Shown here in pieces: positions 62,480 to 64,000 of a DNA stretch of 64,000 nt (the first letter of the stretch is position 1; every line of letters starts with the position of its first letter). Made by a program: the position numbers and the translations under genes. The notes under the pieces were generated by a model that made no database searches, was not told the DNA's origin, and was given only the letters and a program-made list of their open reading frames with translations. The stretch comes from Lama glama (lineage: Eukaryota), in NCBI GenBank assembly GCA_028534125.1, contig CM052816.1:99822001-99886000 (forward strand). The letters are read 5' to 3'.

Positions 62480-64000
62480 GGAGATAGAAATCCAAGTGTA
62501 TCAGATAGAAATCCTAAGAAATGCAAACCTCTTAAAGACACACAATCCAGATTAGATATAATGAATGTTATCAGTGTGCTTTTAAAATATGCATCATTTA
62601 AGAAAACGTATAGAAAGTTTGAAAGTTAAAAGTTAAAAGAGTAACAGGCCAACCACTAACGCACGTAAATACGCAGATGCAACGATATTAGCAGAGAGCG
62701 AAACAGGTGTTGAAGGGAACGGCAACACAACTGCACACCTCAGCTGCGAAGACTTCAAACGCTCAACTCCACAGGAAGAGATATAAATTCTACTCTTGTA
62801 TGAACTTAGTTGCATGGCTCCAAATTAAAGCAAAACCATAAATAAAGTCAAACTGGAGTTTCTACCGTAAGAGAGATTATAATATGCTTTTCCCAGCCAT
62901 TGAAAGATCAAACTAAAACTGCCCCCAAAACCTTCAATATGCATGCAATTTGAACAGCAAATTAAATATGAACAGCGTGACTCATAAGGTTTGACCAAAT
63001 AATGGGCTACATAACAAACATCGAACATTGGTAAAGACCAACACCACACAAAGGCTAGTCCAGAGGAGAAGACCGTGGCGTCCAGATACCAAGATGTAAC
63101 CACAGCAATAAGGAGTCTGTGGGATTGGCAGTGGATTTCAGTAGAGCTTTGTGACAGAAAAGAGGCCAGAAAAAGCCCTGCACACACACAGGGACGACCG
63201 CGGCAGACGTGCCTTTGCTCATCAGTAGATTAAAGAACTGTGCAGTAAGATGTTGCCAAAACGGCCATCTACACGGAGTAATTAATCACATACAAAAACC
63301 AGTTACAGACGATGTGGAGTAGAAATTGACATAGGCAGGGTATCTCTTACGACTTTAATGCAAGAAAAGGTTTTTTAACAAAGAGGAAAAAAATAACATT
63401 TTAGAAGAAAATATATATCAGTTAGGCTGCATTAAAATTAAAATTTCCAAAAAGCTCTATGTAGAAATTGAGGGAAAGGTGCAGAAAACTGACAGAAGAT
63501 ATTGACAATGCAGACAACAACAAAACCTCAGGGCTTGGATTTTGTAAGTCCAGATACTGAACGTAAACCTCTTTACTTTTAACTTTTTTCTTTTTAATGG
63601 AGGTGCTGGGGATTGAACCTAGGACCTCGTGCCTGCTAAGAACACATTCTACCACTGAGCTATACTCACCCCAACTGAATGTAAGCTTCTTCTAGTACAT
63701 AAGGAAATAACTTAGAAAAATAAGTGAAATTATGAAAAGGCAGCTCACAGCAGAACAAACACACACACACACACACAAAAACGAACACATGAAAAGATAC
63801 TCAGCACCAGTGTGTTTACAAATTCAAACCTCAAAGAGAGCAATGTGCATCAGTATCAGATTGGAGTAGCCGATACATCCGAGACCAGTTATTGGCGATG
63901 ACAGTGCAGCGACGGGAGCCCTCGCGCAGAGACGGCTGGTCCGGCCTCCTTCTGTAAAGCTAGTTAGTACCCACCCACCCGGTAAGTGCACTCCTAGTCA
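62480..64000 (+). mobile_element. Ancient, deleted L1M ORF2 remnants
   Basis: CTCCACAGGAAGAGATATAAATTCTA resembles the EN-region IHQEDITIL motif; later TTAGAAGAAAATAT, ATTAAAATTAAAA and ACATGAAAAGATACTCAGCA are 3' ORF2 motifs. Confidence 0.6.
63574..63672 (-). mobile_element. tRNA-Ala-derived SINE (camelid Vic-1-like)
   Basis: Minus strand GGGGTGAGTATAGCTCAGTGGTAGAATGTG...GAGGTCCTAGGTTCAATCCCCAGCACCTCCA plus an A tail. 18-bp TSD ACTGAACGTAAACCTCTT (63556-63573) / ACTGAATGTAAGCTTCTT (63674-63691). Confidence 0.93.

Noticed and set aside
1..64000. Prokaryotic systems (CRISPR arrays, operons, IS elements)
   Set aside because: The sequence is mammalian. There are no regularly interspaced repeats or dense coding operons.

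Overview
Mammalian genomic DNA, most likely camelid (alpaca/llama/camel). It carries three tRNA-Ala-derived SINEs with the Vic-1 structure, plus artiodactyl-type L1 3' ends and an internally deleted Tigger1. The window is unusually GC- and CpG-rich, as in subtelomeric DNA. I could not confidently identify any protein-coding or RNA gene. The ORF track is dominated by chance ORFs, low-complexity repeats and decayed L1 ORF2 pieces. What the sequence supports is interspersed repeats (L1, L2, MIR, Vic-1-like SINEs, MaLR/MLT1 and ERV1 solo LTRs, Tigger1), microsatellites, several CpG-island-like segments and some motif-dense putative enhancers. The most notable observations are: (1) a MER41-like solo LTR that keeps a GAS/STAT1 motif in the position of the known interferon-gamma-inducible enhancer module; (2) a compact 25-bp-stem hairpin at 59.75 kb; (3) a pervasive AT-to-GC and CpG gain visible in old repeats; (4) a nested transposon stack at 51-57 kb; (5) a weak set of minus-strand exon-like segments that might belong to an unannotated or decayed gene. 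Repeat family names are from recalled consensus sequences, not from a database run, and many boundaries are approximate.
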